Shown: positions 20,736-31,991 of the stretch, piece after piece | How positions within the stretch are numbered: the stretch's first letter is position 1 | Layout: the number at the start of each line of letters is the position of its first letter | Source: Actinomycetota bacterium | GTDB taxonomy: Bacteria; Actinomycetota; Humimicrobiia; Humimicrobiales; Humimicrobiaceae | Assembly (NCBI GenBank): GCA_026392215.1 | Contig: JAPLCN010000144.1 | Coordinates: 1-51,010, forward strand | Direction: 5' to 3' | Length of the DNA: 51,010 nt | The notes under the pieces: generated by a model | The model's database searches: none | What the model saw: only the letters and a program-made list of their open reading frames with translations | What the model was told of the DNA's origin: nothing | Position numbers and translations under genes: made by a program

Positions 20736-21791
20736 GTGGAAACTGACAGTAAAGTTCAGACTTTAATATGGGATGGCAGAAGCTTAATGCTTATTGACCA
20801 GCGCAAACTTCCTTTTATAAAGGAATACGTAATATGCGATACTTATGAAAAAGTCGCTGTTGCAATAAAGGATATGGTTGTAAGAGGAGCTCCGGCAATC
20901 GGAGTCAGTGCAGCTTACGGCGCTGCAATTGCAGGCATGCAATATGAAGGCGTATCAAAAAAAGATTTTACCCGATTTTTTGAGAAGGCAGTCTCGTTTT
21001 TAGCTGCTTCAAGGCCTACTGCAGTAAACCTGTCCTGGGCATTAAAAAAAATGAAGGAAGTCTTTATTAAGTATGAACATCTGGGAATTGAAGCCATCAA
21101 AAAGAAATTAATTGATGAAGCTAAACTGATGGAATCTGAAGATATCAGCATTAATAAAAAAATCGGGGAAAACGGAACTCATGCTTTTAAGAATTTTAAA
21201 GGAAAAGTTAAGATTTTAACCCATTGCAATGCAGGAGCGCTTGCAACGGCCGGCTACGGCACAGCACTCGGAGTAATCAGAAGCCTTGCCTTAATTGATA
21301 AAATCAAGCATGTTGTGGTTGATGAAACGAGACCTTATCTTCAGGGCGCAAGGCTTACAGCCTGGGAGCTCTATCAGGAGAAGATTCCGTTTTTTATTAT
21401 TACGGATAATATGGCAGCTTATATGATGTCAAAGGGAGAAGTTGACGGTGTTGTTGTTGGGGCAGACAGGATAGCTTCAAATGGCGACAGTGCAAACAAG
21501 ATAGGCACACTTGGACTTTCGATTTTAGCTTCTTACTACAGGATTCCTTTTTTTATAGCAGCTCCCATATCTACAATTGATATGAATATAGAAAGCGGCA
21601 CAGAAATTCCAATTGAAGAAAGGGATGGCAGGGAAGTAAGAGAAGTGATGGGTAAAAAGATAATAAGTGATGAAATGCCTGTAAGAAATCCTTCTTTTGA
21701 TGTATCTCCCGCGGAAAATATTACAGCAATTATTACAGAAAAAAAAGTTATTCTTCCGCCGTTTAAGGAAAATATCAGGAAATTATTTTAA
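20736..21791 (+). CDS. mtnA: S-methyl-5-thioribose-1-phosphate isomerase
   Basis: DQRKLP, MVVRGAPAIG, RPTAVNL, THCNAGALAT, ETRPYLQGARLT, GADRI, ANKIGT. Confidence 0.95.
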   Translation: METDSKVQTLIWDGRSLMLIDQRKLPFIKEYVICDTYEKVAVAIKDMVVRGAPAIGVSAAYGAAIAGMQYEGVSKKDFTRFFEKAVSFLAASRPTAVNLSWALKKMKEVFIKYEHLGIEAIKKKLIDEAKLMESEDISINKKIGENGTHAFKNFKGKVKILTHCNAGALATAGYGTALGVIRSLALIDKIKHVVVDETRPYLQGARLTAWELYQEKIPFFIITDNMAAYMMSKGEVDGVVVGADRIASNGDSANKIGTLGLSILASYYRIPFFIAAPISTIDMNIESGTEIPIEERDGREVREVMGKKIISDEMPVRNPSFDVSPAENITAIITEKKVILPPFKENIRKLF

Positions 21792-21877
21792 GATATAATA
21801 TTGTTTAAAATTATTTTTATTTGACAGATGAAAATTTTATAAATTTCTGTTCTTAAAAAGATTTTCAGGAGACAAAT

Positions 21878-23035
21878 ATGACTTCAAAAAATAAAGCAAT
21901 GGTTTTGGCAGCAGGCCTTGGAACAAGGTTAAGGCCTCTTACGGACTTAATTTCAAAACCAATGACCCCAATTGTAAACAAACCGGTAATGGAGCATATC
22001 ATTGAACTTCTGGTGGAACATGGTTTTGATGAGGTTGTGTGCAACCTTCACTGGTATCCTGAAGCAATTAAAGATTATTTTGGAGACGGCTCAAAATACA
22101 ATATAAAAATTACATATTCTTATGAACCGGAACTACTCGGGACAGCCGGTGGGGTAAAAAAAGTTGAAGCTTTTTTTGAAGGGCAGACTTTCCTGATTTT
22201 AAGCGGTGATGCATTAACTGATATAGATCTGACGGAGCTTATGGACTTTCACAGAAAAAAAGGGGGAATCTGCACGCTTGTCCTGACAGAAGTTGATGAC
22301 CCCTCGCAATATGGAGTTGTAATCACCGATGATGAGAGCAGGATTACAGGCTTTCAGGAAAAACCGCTTATGGGTGAAGCAAAAAGCAGCCTGGCTAACA
22401 GCGGCATCTATGTATTTGAACCTGATATTTTTAGTCACATACCTTACGGCTCTTTTTATGATTTCGGAAGAGATCTGTATCCGAAATTGCTGAAGGCCGG
22501 AATTGCCTATTACGGCTACAAGCATGACCGGTACTGGAATGATGTGGGAAGTCTTGACCAATACCAGCAGGGGAATTTTGATGCGCTTGAAGGAAAGGTA
22601 AAATTAAATATCCCCGGAATGCAGATTAATGAGGGGATATGGCTTGGAAAGAATTGCAGGATTGAAGAAGATGTGGTAATGATACCGCCTCTTGTGATCG
22701 GAAACAATTGTACAATAAAAAAGGGCGCAAAATTATATGGGCCAATCATTATAGGTGACAATACAATAATTGACGAAAGGGCCATAATGTATAGGGGAAT
22801 AAAATGGGGCAGTGGTTATATAGGTAAGGATGCTTCACTGATTGGTGCAATTATAGGCTATGATACAAAAATTAAAAGGGGGGCTTCAATACTTGAAAAA
22901 GCAGTTATAGGATCAAAAAGTGTTATTGAAGATGGAATTATAATTCATCCCAGTGTAAAAATAATGTCAAATGTTATAATAGAAAATGACAGAATGTCCA
23001 GTGATGACCAGTCGGGAGGAGAAACAAAGATATAA
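21878..23035 (+). CDS. Second NDP-sugar pyrophosphorylase (mannose-1-P guanylyltransferase-like)
   Basis: LAAGLGTRLRPLT..KPM, LGTAGGV, SGD, FQEKP, YWNDVG, hexapeptide repeats. Confidence 0.88.
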   Translation: MTSKNKAMVLAAGLGTRLRPLTDLISKPMTPIVNKPVMEHIIELLVEHGFDEVVCNLHWYPEAIKDYFGDGSKYNIKITYSYEPELLGTAGGVKKVEAFFEGQTFLILSGDALTDIDLTELMDFHRKKGGICTLVLTEVDDPSQYGVVITDDESRITGFQEKPLMGEAKSSLANSGIYVFEPDIFSHIPYGSFYDFGRDLYPKLLKAGIAYYGYKHDRYWNDVGSLDQYQQGNFDALEGKVKLNIPGMQINEGIWLGKNCRIEEDVVMIPPLVIGNNCTIKKGAKLYGPIIIGDNTIIDERAIMYRGIKWGSGYIGKDASLIGAIIGYDTKIKRGASILEKAVIGSKSVIEDGIIIHPSVKIMSNVIIENDRMSSDDQSGGETKI

Positions 23036-23898
23036 TAAAAAAGCAAGTCAGGCCAGCTTCAAATAATATTTTAAAAGAACTATTTAAAAATATTTTTATC
23101 CCCGATATCTGTTCTTCCTGCGGAGAGATAAATAATGGATTTCTATGTGAAAAATGCAGGCAGGATATAGCTGAAATAAAAGGTTTGATTTGCAATTTTT
23201 GCGGCGCGCCCCTCTTTATAGAAAAACTGCCATACGCAGCCAGTTTAATAAGCTCAGCTTATCAGCCAGGGAAAAGGTTTTTTGAAGAGCAGGTAGAAGA
23301 AAAAAATATCACTACCTTGGAAATGCACTTAAAAACAAATAATGGCTGGGGATGCTCAATATGCAGGAACTCTGAATTTAGTTTTTACAGGCTAAGAAGT
23401 TTTGGTATTTACAGCAAAGTTTTAAAAAAATTAATTATCAAGTTTAAATATAACAAAATCTACTTGCTTGCTCCTGTTTTATGCAGTTTTTTAAAAGAAG
23501 CTTATCTTGCCTATTACAGGGAAGAAAAAATTGATTTTATTGAAACTGTTCCGGATTTTACTTCCGGCAAAACGGTTTCAGGGAACTCTTTATATAACAC
23601 GGAAAATCACATGCAACTACTTGCAAGGCTGTTTTCAAAGGAAGTCAAATTGCCTTACACTGACAATATAATTAAAATAAGAAAAACTTTAAGGCAGCAG
23701 AATCTTGGAATGTATGAAAGAAAAGTTAATCTTGAAGGCGCGTTCAAAGCAGGCAACTTATTTAACGTGCTCCACAAAAACATATTGCTTCTTGATGATG
23801 TCTGGACCACAGGCAATACGCTTAATGAAATTTCAAAAACATTAAAAAGATGCGGAGCAGACAAAATTTATTTGCTGACTATTGCCAGGGCAATATGA
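23032..23898 (+). CDS. comF: ComF family protein (double zinc ribbon + phosphoribosyltransferase domain); apparent non-canonical ATA start
   Basis: The frame is open upstream of TTG 23185 and encodes CSSC and CEKC before CNFC and CSIC; LLLDDVWTTGNT PRT loop; comF-hpf-secA synteny. Confidence 0.8.
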   Translation: MIKKQVRPASNNILKELFKNIFIPDICSSCGEINNGFLCEKCRQDIAEIKGLICNFCGAPLFIEKLPYAASLISSAYQPGKRFFEEQVEEKNITTLEMHLKTNNGWGCSICRNSEFSFYRLRSFGIYSKVLKKLIIKFKYNKIYLLAPVLCSFLKEAYLAYYREEKIDFIETVPDFTSGKTVSGNSLYNTENHMQLLARLFSKEVKLPYTDNIIKIRKTLRQQNLGMYERKVNLEGAFKAGNLFNVLHKNILLLDDVWTTGNTLNEISKTLKRCGADKIYLLTIARAI

Positions 23899-24073
23899 TA
23901 AAGTTTAAATTATAATATAGAGTATAATTATAAAAATTTATTTATCATTTAATGTTTTATAAGCCAGGAATTAATTTAAGACTTAAGGCGTTAATTTTTT
24001 AATAGCAGCTATTTAAAAAAAAGCAGGACAGAAGAAAATAATTTAATATTTTCAGGAAAAAGGAGGGCTAAAA

Positions 24074-24619
24074 ATGGATTACATCTTAAAAAGCAGAAAT
24101 GTTGAATTAAATGATGAGATAAAGGAATATGTTGAAAGGAAAATCAAGTCCAAAATTGAAAAGTTTGATGGTAAAATCATTAAGGTTGAAATAGAATTTT
24201 CTCTTGAAAAAAATCCGAGTATTAATTTAAATAACAAAATTGTGGTGACAATATTTACTCCAAGGGCAGTCGTAAGAGCTACCGAATTTGGCGTAGACTT
24301 TTTTGAAGCAATAGACAGGGTAAATCATAAGATTGAAGAGCAAGTAAAAAAATACAAGAATAAGATGATTCAGAAAGGGAGAAAAGGACCGGAAGCAAAG
24401 GTTGAAGCCCAAGAGCCCCAGGAAAGTTTTGAGGATTTAAAAAAGATAGTAAAAACTAAAAAATTTGAAATAAAGCCGATGACACCTGACGAGGCTTCTC
24501 TTCAGATGGAGCTTATCGGGCATGATTTTTTTCTGTTTGTCAATGCAGAAACCGGCAAGACTGCTGTTTTGTATAAAAGAAGAGATGAAGATTATGGCCT
24601 GATAGAACCTCAAAATTAA
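24074..24619 (+). CDS. hpf: Ribosome hibernation promoting factor (long HPF/RaiA)
   Basis: SD AGGAGG; PMTPDEASLQMELIGHDFFLF...YKRRDEDYGLIE; upstream of secA. Confidence 0.93.
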   Translation: MDYILKSRNVELNDEIKEYVERKIKSKIEKFDGKIIKVEIEFSLEKNPSINLNNKIVVTIFTPRAVVRATEFGVDFFEAIDRVNHKIEEQVKKYKNKMIQKGRKGPEAKVEAQEPQESFEDLKKIVKTKKFEIKPMTPDEASLQMELIGHDFFLFVNAETGKTAVLYKRRDEDYGLIEPQN

Positions 24620-24734
24620 TTTAGTTTTGATTAAATCAATATACTCTATTAGAATACTTAAATTATTATTAACAATAAATTTTAATATTCTGGTTTAAAT
24701 ATTTTTTGTTTTAAACCCCTAAATAAAAATTCTG

Positions 24735-27284
24735 GTGATACATATGTTTAAATTTGGAAATATCTTAAAAGCAGGACAAGGCAAGATTCAAAAAAAATAT
24801 GACACTATTATTACTCAAATAAACGCAATTGAGCAAACCGTCAGTGAGATGAGCGATGAAGAGCTAAGGTTAAAAACGCCCGAGTTCAAGTCAAGATTTG
24901 AAAAGGGCGAAAGCCTGGAAGATCTGATGGCTGAAGCTTTTGCTGTTGTAAGGGAAGCTGCAAAAAGAACGCTTAACATGAGGCATTTTGATGTCCAGCT
25001 TTATGGAGGGATAGTATTATTTGAAGGTAAAATTGCAGAAATGAAAACCGGTGAAGGAAAAACGCTTGCTGCTACCCTGCCGGCTTATCTGTATTCAATT
25101 TCAGGCAAGAGTACACATATAGTTACAGTAAACGACTATCTTGCTAAAAGAGACAGCATCTGGATGGGCAATATATATAATTTTCTTGGAGTAAAAGTCG
25201 GGCTTCTTCAAAATAACCAGGAATACTCTGAAAAAAAGGAAGCTTACTCAAACAGCATAATTTACGGAACAAATAATGAATTCGGATTTGACTACTTGAG
25301 AGATAACATGGTTGCCTCAAAGGAAGCAATGGCTCAGGACGGGCATTATTATGCAATTGTTGATGAAGTTGACAGCATCTTAATTGATGAAGCCAGAACT
25401 CCCCTTATTATTTCAGGGGTTCCTTACCAGTCAACGGAGCTTTACAAAAAAATGTCAAAAGTTGTTCCAAAATTAACAGCAGAAGTTGATTTTGAAATTG
25501 ATGAAAAGCAAAAAACTGCAGCAATTACTGAAGAAGGCGTGGAAAAGGTTGAAAAAATAATAGGGATGGGTAACTTATATGATCCCAGCAACTATCTTTA
25601 TATTCATGCTTTAAACCAGGCGCTTAAAGCACATCATTTGTTTAAGAAAGATGTTGATTATATTGTAAAAGACGGGGAAGTGTTAATTGTTGACGAATTC
25701 ACAGGGAGAATTCTGCAGGGCAGAAGATACAGTGAAGGCTTGCATCAGGCAATTGAAGCAAAAGAAAATGTTAAGATAATGGAAGAAAACCAGACTCTTG
25801 CAACTATTACCATTCAAAATTATTTCAGGATGTATGAAAAACTTTCCGGCATGACAGGAACCGCGCTAACTGAATCTGAAGAATTCCGGCATATTTACAA
25901 GCTTGAAACTGTTGTCATCCCCACAAACAAGCCGATGATCAGGAACGACATGCCTGATCTGATTTATAAATCAGAAAAAACAAAATTTGAAGCAGTAGTA
26001 AAGGATATTAAAGAGAGATATGAGAAAGAACAGCCAGTTCTGGTTGGAACGATTTCAATTGAGAAATCCGAAACTTTAAGCAGGATGCTGCAAATGGAAG
26101 GTATTCCGCATCAGGTTTTAAATGCAAGATACCACGAAAAAGAAGCAGAGATAATTGCAAATGCAGGTCAGAAAAAAACTGTAACAATTTCTACCAACAT
26201 GGCCGGCAGAGGAACAGACATTGTTCTTGGTGAAGGTGTTATAGGGCTTGGAGGCCTTCATGTTTTAGGAACTGAAAGGCACGAAGCAAGAAGAATTGAC
26301 AACCAGCTTAGAGGAAGAAGCGGAAGGCAGGGAGATCCGGGTTCAAGCCAGTTTTATTTAAGTTTGCAGGATGACCTGCTTAGACTATTTGGTTCAGACA
26401 GGATAGGGGGCATAATGGAAAGGATGAATTTTCCTGACGATCTTCCCATAGCCCATCCTATCATAAACCGTTCAATTGAAAATGCGCAAAGGCAGGTTGA
26501 GTCAAGAAACTTTGAAATCAGAAAACATGTCCTTGATTATGATGATGTCATGAATAAGCAAAGGGAAGTAATTTATGCAAGAAGAAAGAAAGCATTGTTT
26601 GAAGAAAACTTAAAAGATGTTTCTTTTGAGATGATAGAAAATCTGATAGATTTAAGTTTTGATACGCACCTTAATGCCAATACTTACCCTGAAGAGTGGG
26701 ATATTGAAGAGTATAAGAATTACCTGATTTCCATGTTTGGAAAGGACATTTCAAAGGGTATTATTGAAAAAGACAGTCTTTCATCTGCAAGAGCAGACAG
26801 GATAGAATTGAAAGAAAAAATTCTGGAGCAGGTATTAAAAGCATACGAAGAAAGAGAAGCTGATTTTGGAGAAGAGATAATGCGTCAGCTTGAAAAAATT
26901 GTAGCATTAAATGTAATTGACAACAGATGGCGGGATCACCTGCTTGAGATGGATTATTTGAAGGAAGGTATAGGGCTGCGTTCATACGGGCAGCATGATC
27001 CCCTTGTTGAATACAAACACGAATCTTTTCATTTGTTTAAGGATATGATTGAAGAAGTTAAAAATGACACTGTGAGGCTTCTTTATAATGCAAGGATTTA
27101 TACAGGAGAAGAACAGGCAAGACAGCATGAAAAACAATATAAAAATGTTTCAACCAGCGGTCCGGGTGATGAGACTACGCCCAAAAAGGCACCTGTTGTA
27201 AACAAGGACAGGGTTGGAAGAAACGATCCGTGTCCATGCGGCAGCGGAAAAAAATATAAAAAATGCTGCGGCAAAGATCTCTGA
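24735..27284 (+). CDS. secA: Preprotein translocase ATPase SecA
   Basis: [59 protein letters not shown] motif [18 protein letters not shown]. The start may be ATG 24744. Confidence 0.98.
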   Translation: MIHMFKFGNILKAGQGKIQKKYDTIITQINAIEQTVSEMSDEELRLKTPEFKSRFEKGESLEDLMAEAFAVVREAAKRTLNMRHFDVQLYGGIVLFEGKIAEMKTGEGKTLAATLPAYLYSISGKSTHIVTVNDYLAKRDSIWMGNIYNFLGVKVGLLQNNQEYSEKKEAYSNSIIYGTNNEFGFDYLRDNMVASKEAMAQDGHYYAIVDEVDSILIDEARTPLIISGVPYQSTELYKKMSKVVPKLTAEVDFEIDEKQKTAAITEEGVEKVEKIIGMGNLYDPSNYLYIHALNQALKAHHLFKKDVDYIVKDGEVLIVDEFTGRILQGRRYSEGLHQAIEAKENVKIMEENQTLATITIQNYFRMYEKLSGMTGTALTESEEFRHIYKLETVVIPTNKPMIRNDMPDLIYKSEKTKFEAVVKDIKERYEKEQPVLVGTISIEKSETLSRMLQMEGIPHQVLNARYHEKEAEIIANAGQKKTVTISTNMAGRGTDIVLGEGVIGLGGLHVLGTERHEARRIDNQLRGRSGRQGDPGSSQFYLSLQDDLLRLFGSDRIGGIMERMNFPDDLPIAHPIINRSIENAQRQVESRNFEIRKHVLDYDDVMNKQREVIYARRKKALFEENLKDVSFEMIENLIDLSFDTHLNANTYPEEWDIEEYKNYLISMFGKDISKGIIEKDSLSSARADRIELKEKILEQVLKAYEEREADFGEEIMRQLEKIVALNVIDNRWRDHLLEMDYLKEGIGLRSYGQHDPLVEYKHESFHLFKDMIEEVKNDTVRLLYNARIYTGEEQARQHEKQYKNVSTSGPGDETTPKKAPVVNKDRVGRNDPCPCGSGKKYKKCCGKDL

Positions 27285-27406
27285 AATCTTTAACGAAGAT
27301 TTTTGTTTTTTAAATAGGAAAGCGGCAAATATTAAAAATAGTTTTGCATCATAATATTAATTTTAAAAAGTAATTTAAAAAAAATAAGCAAAAAGGCAGT
27401 GATAAA

Positions 27407-28508
27407 ATGTTTGAAGAATATAATGATTTTATACATGAGCTTACAGAAAAATTCAATTATCTAAGGAGCTGTCTTTGAAATAGACAGCAAAAAAGAAGAG
27501 CTTAAATCTCTGGCTGAATTGACCTATAAAGAAAACTTCTGGGATAATTACCAGGAAGCTCAGAAGGTAATGCAAAAAATTGAAAAAACCAGAAACGTTA
27601 TTGAGCTGTTTGATGATATCAATAGCAAGATAGAAAATGCAAAAGTTGCACTTGAAATCCTGATGCAGGAATCTGATAAAAGCATCGTTTCCGAACTGGA
27701 TAATAATGTTAAAGATATCCGAAAGCTCCTTGATGATGTTGAGGAAAAAACACTTTTAAGTGGGCCATATGATTCTAACCCTGCAATATTAAATATCCAT
27801 CCTGGCGCCGGCGGAACGGAATCGCACGATTGGGTTGACATGCTTCTCCGAATGTATATAAGGTGGATTGATAATAAAAAGTTCAAGTACAGAATTACAG
27901 ACTACCTTCCGGGAGAAGAAGCCGGAATTAAGAATGTCACATTAACAGTGCATGGGCTGAATGCTTACGGGTTGCTTAAGTCCGAAAAAGGTATTCACAG
28001 GCTTGTCAGGATAAGCCCCTTTGATTCTTCAAAAAGAAGGCACACCTCCTTTGCTGCAGTAGACGTAATCCCCTTGTTTGAAGAAGATGTTGAACTGGAA
28101 ATAAATAAGGAAGATTTAAGGATAGATACTTACAGGTCATCAGGAGCTGGAGGGCAGCATGTCAATGTAACCGATTCTGCTGTAAGGATTACCCATATTC
28201 CTACAGGAATTGTAGTTGCATGTCAGGATGAACGTTCGCAAATAATGAACCGGGAGACAGCAATGAAAATTCTGAAATCAAGGCTTTATGAAATGGAGCT
28301 TAAAAAGAAAATGGAGAAGCTGGACAACATCAGAGGCGAAAAAAAGGATATCGGGTGGGGAAGTCAAATCAGAAGCTATGTTCTGCAGCCTTATCAGATG
28401 ATTAAAGACCACAGGACTGATGCAGAGGTAGGAGATGTCAATTCTGTCCTTAACGGTGGAATTGATGTTTTTATAAAGGCTTATCTGAAAAGCACCGTAA
28501 AAAAATAA
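27407..28508 (+). CDS. prfB: Peptide chain release factor 2, translated via a programmed +1 frameshift
   Basis: ATG 27407 frame runs to AGGAGCTGT-CTT-TGA (27473-27478); the +1 frame (GAA ATA GAC...) joins the 27519 ORF containing SPF and GGQ motifs. Confidence 0.95.
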
Positions 28509-28780
28509 TTAAAATAAGGGACTTAAGGTTTGTTTTTTGTTTTACGCAAAATTTTAAAATGCTAATATATTATAATTTGAAGGCAGATGATATTTTTGGG
28601 CAAATGGCTTTAACGAAGCATAATTATATGGACTATATAAATTCGTTATGCTAATATCCATTTAGTATTTTTTAAAGACCGAAAGTAAAAAATCAAAAAA
28701 ATAAAAATATTATAAAAATATAAAAATTAATCAGAAATTTAAAGTAAGTTTAAGATATACAAGAACAAGGTTTTAATAAG

Positions 28781-29467
28781 ATGAACATAATTGAATTCAG
28801 AGATGTCAGCAAAATTTATGAAAATGGTACAGCTGCATTAAAAGATATAAACCTTGTCATAAAAAAAGGGGAATTTGTTTTTCTTGTCGGCCCCAGCGGC
28901 TCCGGGAAATCCACATTCGTCAAATTGATGATCAAAGAAACTCCTGTAACGAGCGGAACTATTTTTGTTGCAGGAAGAAATATCTGCATCCTTAAATCCA
29001 GCAAAATACCGCAGCTTAGAAGAAATATCGGCTGTATTTTTCAGGATTACAAGCTTCTTTCAGACAGAACTATTTTTGAAAATATCGCTTTTGCGCTTGA
29101 AGTTATCGGCAAGCCTAATTACATAATCAAAGCTCAAGTTCCGCAGGTCTTAAAACTCGTAGGCTTATATAGCAAAATGGATTCATACCCTCATCAGCTA
29201 TCAGGAGGAGAACAGCAGAGAATATGCATAGCAAGGGCATTTGTAAACAGGCCGCCTATTTTGCTTGCTGATGAACCTACGGGAAATCTGGACCCAGCAA
29301 CTTCGGAAAGCATCATGAAGCTGCTTTCAAGGATTAACCTGATTGGAACAACTGTTGTCATGGCAACACACGAAAAATCCATAGTTAATGCCATGAGAAG
29401 AAGAGTTGTAGAGATGGAAGAAGGATTGATAATCCGGGATCAGAAGAGAGGAGTATACGGATCTTGA
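28781..29467 (+). CDS. ftsE: Cell division ABC ATPase FtsE
   Basis: GPSGSGKST, FQDYKLL, LSGGEQQR, LADEPTGNLDP; precedes ftsX. Confidence 0.95.
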   Translation: MNIIEFRDVSKIYENGTAALKDINLVIKKGEFVFLVGPSGSGKSTFVKLMIKETPVTSGTIFVAGRNICILKSSKIPQLRRNIGCIFQDYKLLSDRTIFENIAFALEVIGKPNYIIKAQVPQVLKLVGLYSKMDSYPHQLSGGEQQRICIARAFVNRPPILLADEPTGNLDPATSESIMKLLSRINLIGTTVVMATHEKSIVNAMRRRVVEMEEGLIIRDQKRGVYGS

Positions 29468-30381
29468 GTTTGATATTAAGACCAAAACATATTTTTGGGG
29501 AAACTTTTTTAAGCTTTAGGAGAAACTTTTTAATGGGGTTTACTGCAATCACTACTGTAGCCATAACATTATTTATTGTCGGAGTTTTTTCTGTCATTCT
29601 TTTTGATGTGCAAGGCGTACTAAATTCCATTGAGGGGCAGGTTGAAATTGCTGTTTACCTTAAAGACAATGTTTCAAATGATCTTAAAGTATATCTTGAA
29701 AATGAAATAAAAAAATGGCCTGAAGTAGACAGCATAGCTTATGTGTCCAAAGAACAGGCGCTGGAAAAGTTTAAAGTCCAAAATGAGGGCAGCGACATAT
29801 TAAAGGAGATCCAGGGCAATCCGCTTCCGGCATCTTTTGAGATAAAATTAAAAGATGCCCAGAAAGTTGAACAGGTTGCGCTGCGCTTTGTAGATAAGGA
29901 CGGCAAGAGCATTGACGGCGTTGATGAAGTAATATACGGCAAAAGTTATATCAGAAAGCTTTTTTCAATAACTGCTATAGCAGGAACAATAGCCCTGCTT
30001 ATAATAATTATTTTAATTCTTGCTACAATGGTATTAATTTATAACACAATCAGGCTTTCAATTTACGCAAGAAGGAAGGAAATTGAAGTAATGAAGCTGG
30101 TTGGTGCAACCAACGGGTATGTCAGAGCTCCATTTTTGTTTGAAGGTTTTTTTGAAGGCTTTCTAGGTGGAGGCATTGCAGTAGTGCTGCTTTATTTACT
30201 TAATAAATTTTTGCTCATCAAGGGTGAAACTGTTATTGTTGAGACCATGCATATCAAGAATCTGGCGATACTTGGTTCAAGCAATATTATTTTAATTGCA
30301 TACTTTGGAATCATAATAATTGGCGGCCTTATCGGAATTCTAAGCAGCGGATTTGCTTTAAGGCGATATTTAAAGGTATAA
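29464..30381 (+). CDS. ftsX: Cell division permease FtsX
   Basis: NPLPAS, NTIRLSIYARRKEIEVMKLVGAT, PFLFEG; TTGA overlap with ftsE. Confidence 0.93.
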   Translation: MSLILRPKHIFGETFLSFRRNFLMGFTAITTVAITLFIVGVFSVILFDVQGVLNSIEGQVEIAVYLKDNVSNDLKVYLENEIKKWPEVDSIAYVSKEQALEKFKVQNEGSDILKEIQGNPLPASFEIKLKDAQKVEQVALRFVDKDGKSIDGVDEVIYGKSYIRKLFSITAIAGTIALLIIIILILATMVLIYNTIRLSIYARRKEIEVMKLVGATNGYVRAPFLFEGFFEGFLGGGIAVVLLYLLNKFLLIKGETVIVETMHIKNLAILGSSNIILIAYFGIIIIGGLIGILSSGFALRRYLKV

Positions 30382-30392
30382 TCACATTAATT

Positions 30393-31553
30393 ATGAAAAA
30401 AAGAAGCAATTTATTCGTAGCAATATCAATATTTATTATTTTTATTCTGTTCTTTATTCCCAATGCTTCTATTTTTGCTTCATCTCTTGAGGAACAGCTT
30501 GATCAGATAAAAAAGGAGAAGGCGCAAACAGAAAAGAAGATTGAGGATGCAAAGAAAAAAGAGAAGGACTATCTGAATCAGGTTAATCAGGTAGAGACCC
30601 AGCTTCTTTCGAGTCTGGACCAGTTAAATACATTAAATAAAAATTTTGCTGACGTAAAAAGTGAAATTGACAAGACAAATATTGAACTGGCAGTAAAAGA
30701 AAATGATTTAGCTGTAATTAACAAGGATCTGGATGAGAAAGAAGGGATTTTAAGCAACAGAATTGCCTCGCTTTATAAAAACAGAAGTTCAAGTTTTTTT
30801 GAAGTTTTGTTTAAATCTAAAAGCTTCATTGAATTACTTTCCAAGTTAAAACTCATGAACCTGCTTGCTGCGCAGGATACCAGCATCATTGAAGACATTA
30901 AAAGTAAAAAAAGCGCTACTTTAAGTGTTAAACAAAGCATTTTGGAGTTGAAAAAAAAGCAGGATGATCAACGCAGTAATCTTGAAAAACTTGTAACTCA
31001 GTCAGAACAAAAAAATACGGAAATTTCCGGAATTCTTGACGACAAGAAAGTCCTGCTCTCAAGTGCAAAGGCAGACAAAAATGCCTTGATTAAAATGGCA
31101 GCACAGCAAACTGCAAAGGAAAATGAAATCCAGAGAGTACTTGAATCTTTAAAATATGGAAGCGCACCTAATGGTAGATTAATGTGGCCTGTTGTTGGAA
31201 GACTGATGTCAGGATTTGGCAGCAGAATGCACCCCATACTTGGATATGTAAGATTTCACTCGGGCATAGATCTGGCAGCACCAAGAGGAACTCCCATTGT
31301 TGCTGCAGATGGCGGTCAGGTAATTGAGGCAAGTTATGACGGCGGTTACGGAAATTCAATTTTAATATACCATGGCGGCGGTTTTGCTACATTTTATGCT
31401 CATATGTCAGGTTTTGCCGTAAGTCAGGGTCAGATGGTCAAAAGAGGTCAGATTATAGGTTATGTCGGGTCCACCGGCTTGGCTACCGGACCACACTGTC
31501 ATTTTGAAGTCAGGATAAACGGCGCGGCTCAAAATCCTCTCGGATATCTATGA
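30393..31553 (+). CDS. Coiled-coil M23 peptidase (EnvC/murein hydrolase activator-like)
   Basis: Signal peptide, long coiled coil, HSGID, YAHM, GSTG..TGPHCHFE. Confidence 0.9.
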   Translation: MKKRSNLFVAISIFIIFILFFIPNASIFASSLEEQLDQIKKEKAQTEKKIEDAKKKEKDYLNQVNQVETQLLSSLDQLNTLNKNFADVKSEIDKTNIELAVKENDLAVINKDLDEKEGILSNRIASLYKNRSSSFFEVLFKSKSFIELLSKLKLMNLLAAQDTSIIEDIKSKKSATLSVKQSILELKKKQDDQRSNLEKLVTQSEQKNTEISGILDDKKVLLSSAKADKNALIKMAAQQTAKENEIQRVLESLKYGSAPNGRLMWPVVGRLMSGFGSRMHPILGYVRFHSGIDLAAPRGTPIVAADGGQVIEASYDGGYGNSILIYHGGGFATFYAHMSGFAVSQGQMVKRGQIIGYVGSTGLATGPHCHFEVRINGAAQNPLGYL

Positions 31554-31554
31554 A

Positions 31555-31584
31555 GAAACATAGGGACGGTTCTCTTGTTTCCTT
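31555..31584 (-). repeat. REP-like palindrome, copy 3 (inverted)
   Basis: Reverse complement AAGGAAACAAGAGAACCGTCCCTATGTTTC, just after the M23 gene stop. Confidence 0.7.
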
Positions 31585-31991
31585 GCTTACGATCAGGATA
31601 ATTAGTTATTGGTGATTAATTTAGTTTTTTGTAATTTTTTCAGCTATAAAAGCTTAAAATTTTTATAATATTTATTTAACTGCAAATTTATTTTCAAATA
31701 TTTTTAGTATAAGCACAGTATCCGGTGATATTATTAATCCGGTTTGCAAAGTTATCCTTTTAACTCCAGCGCAAATAACAGAAAATATATTTTTCTACGA
31801 AAAAATATTCTTTACTTTTTTCTTAAATTTCAAAATAAAATTTGTTTAAAACATAAGATATAAATATCTTGCCATAATATGTATAATTAAATTTTTATAA
31901 AATTTGAATTTGTGGTAAACATTATTACTGAAATAAATTATTATAATTAAAATTATTAAAACAGAAAATAAAAGAGAGCTGACTTAAAAAT

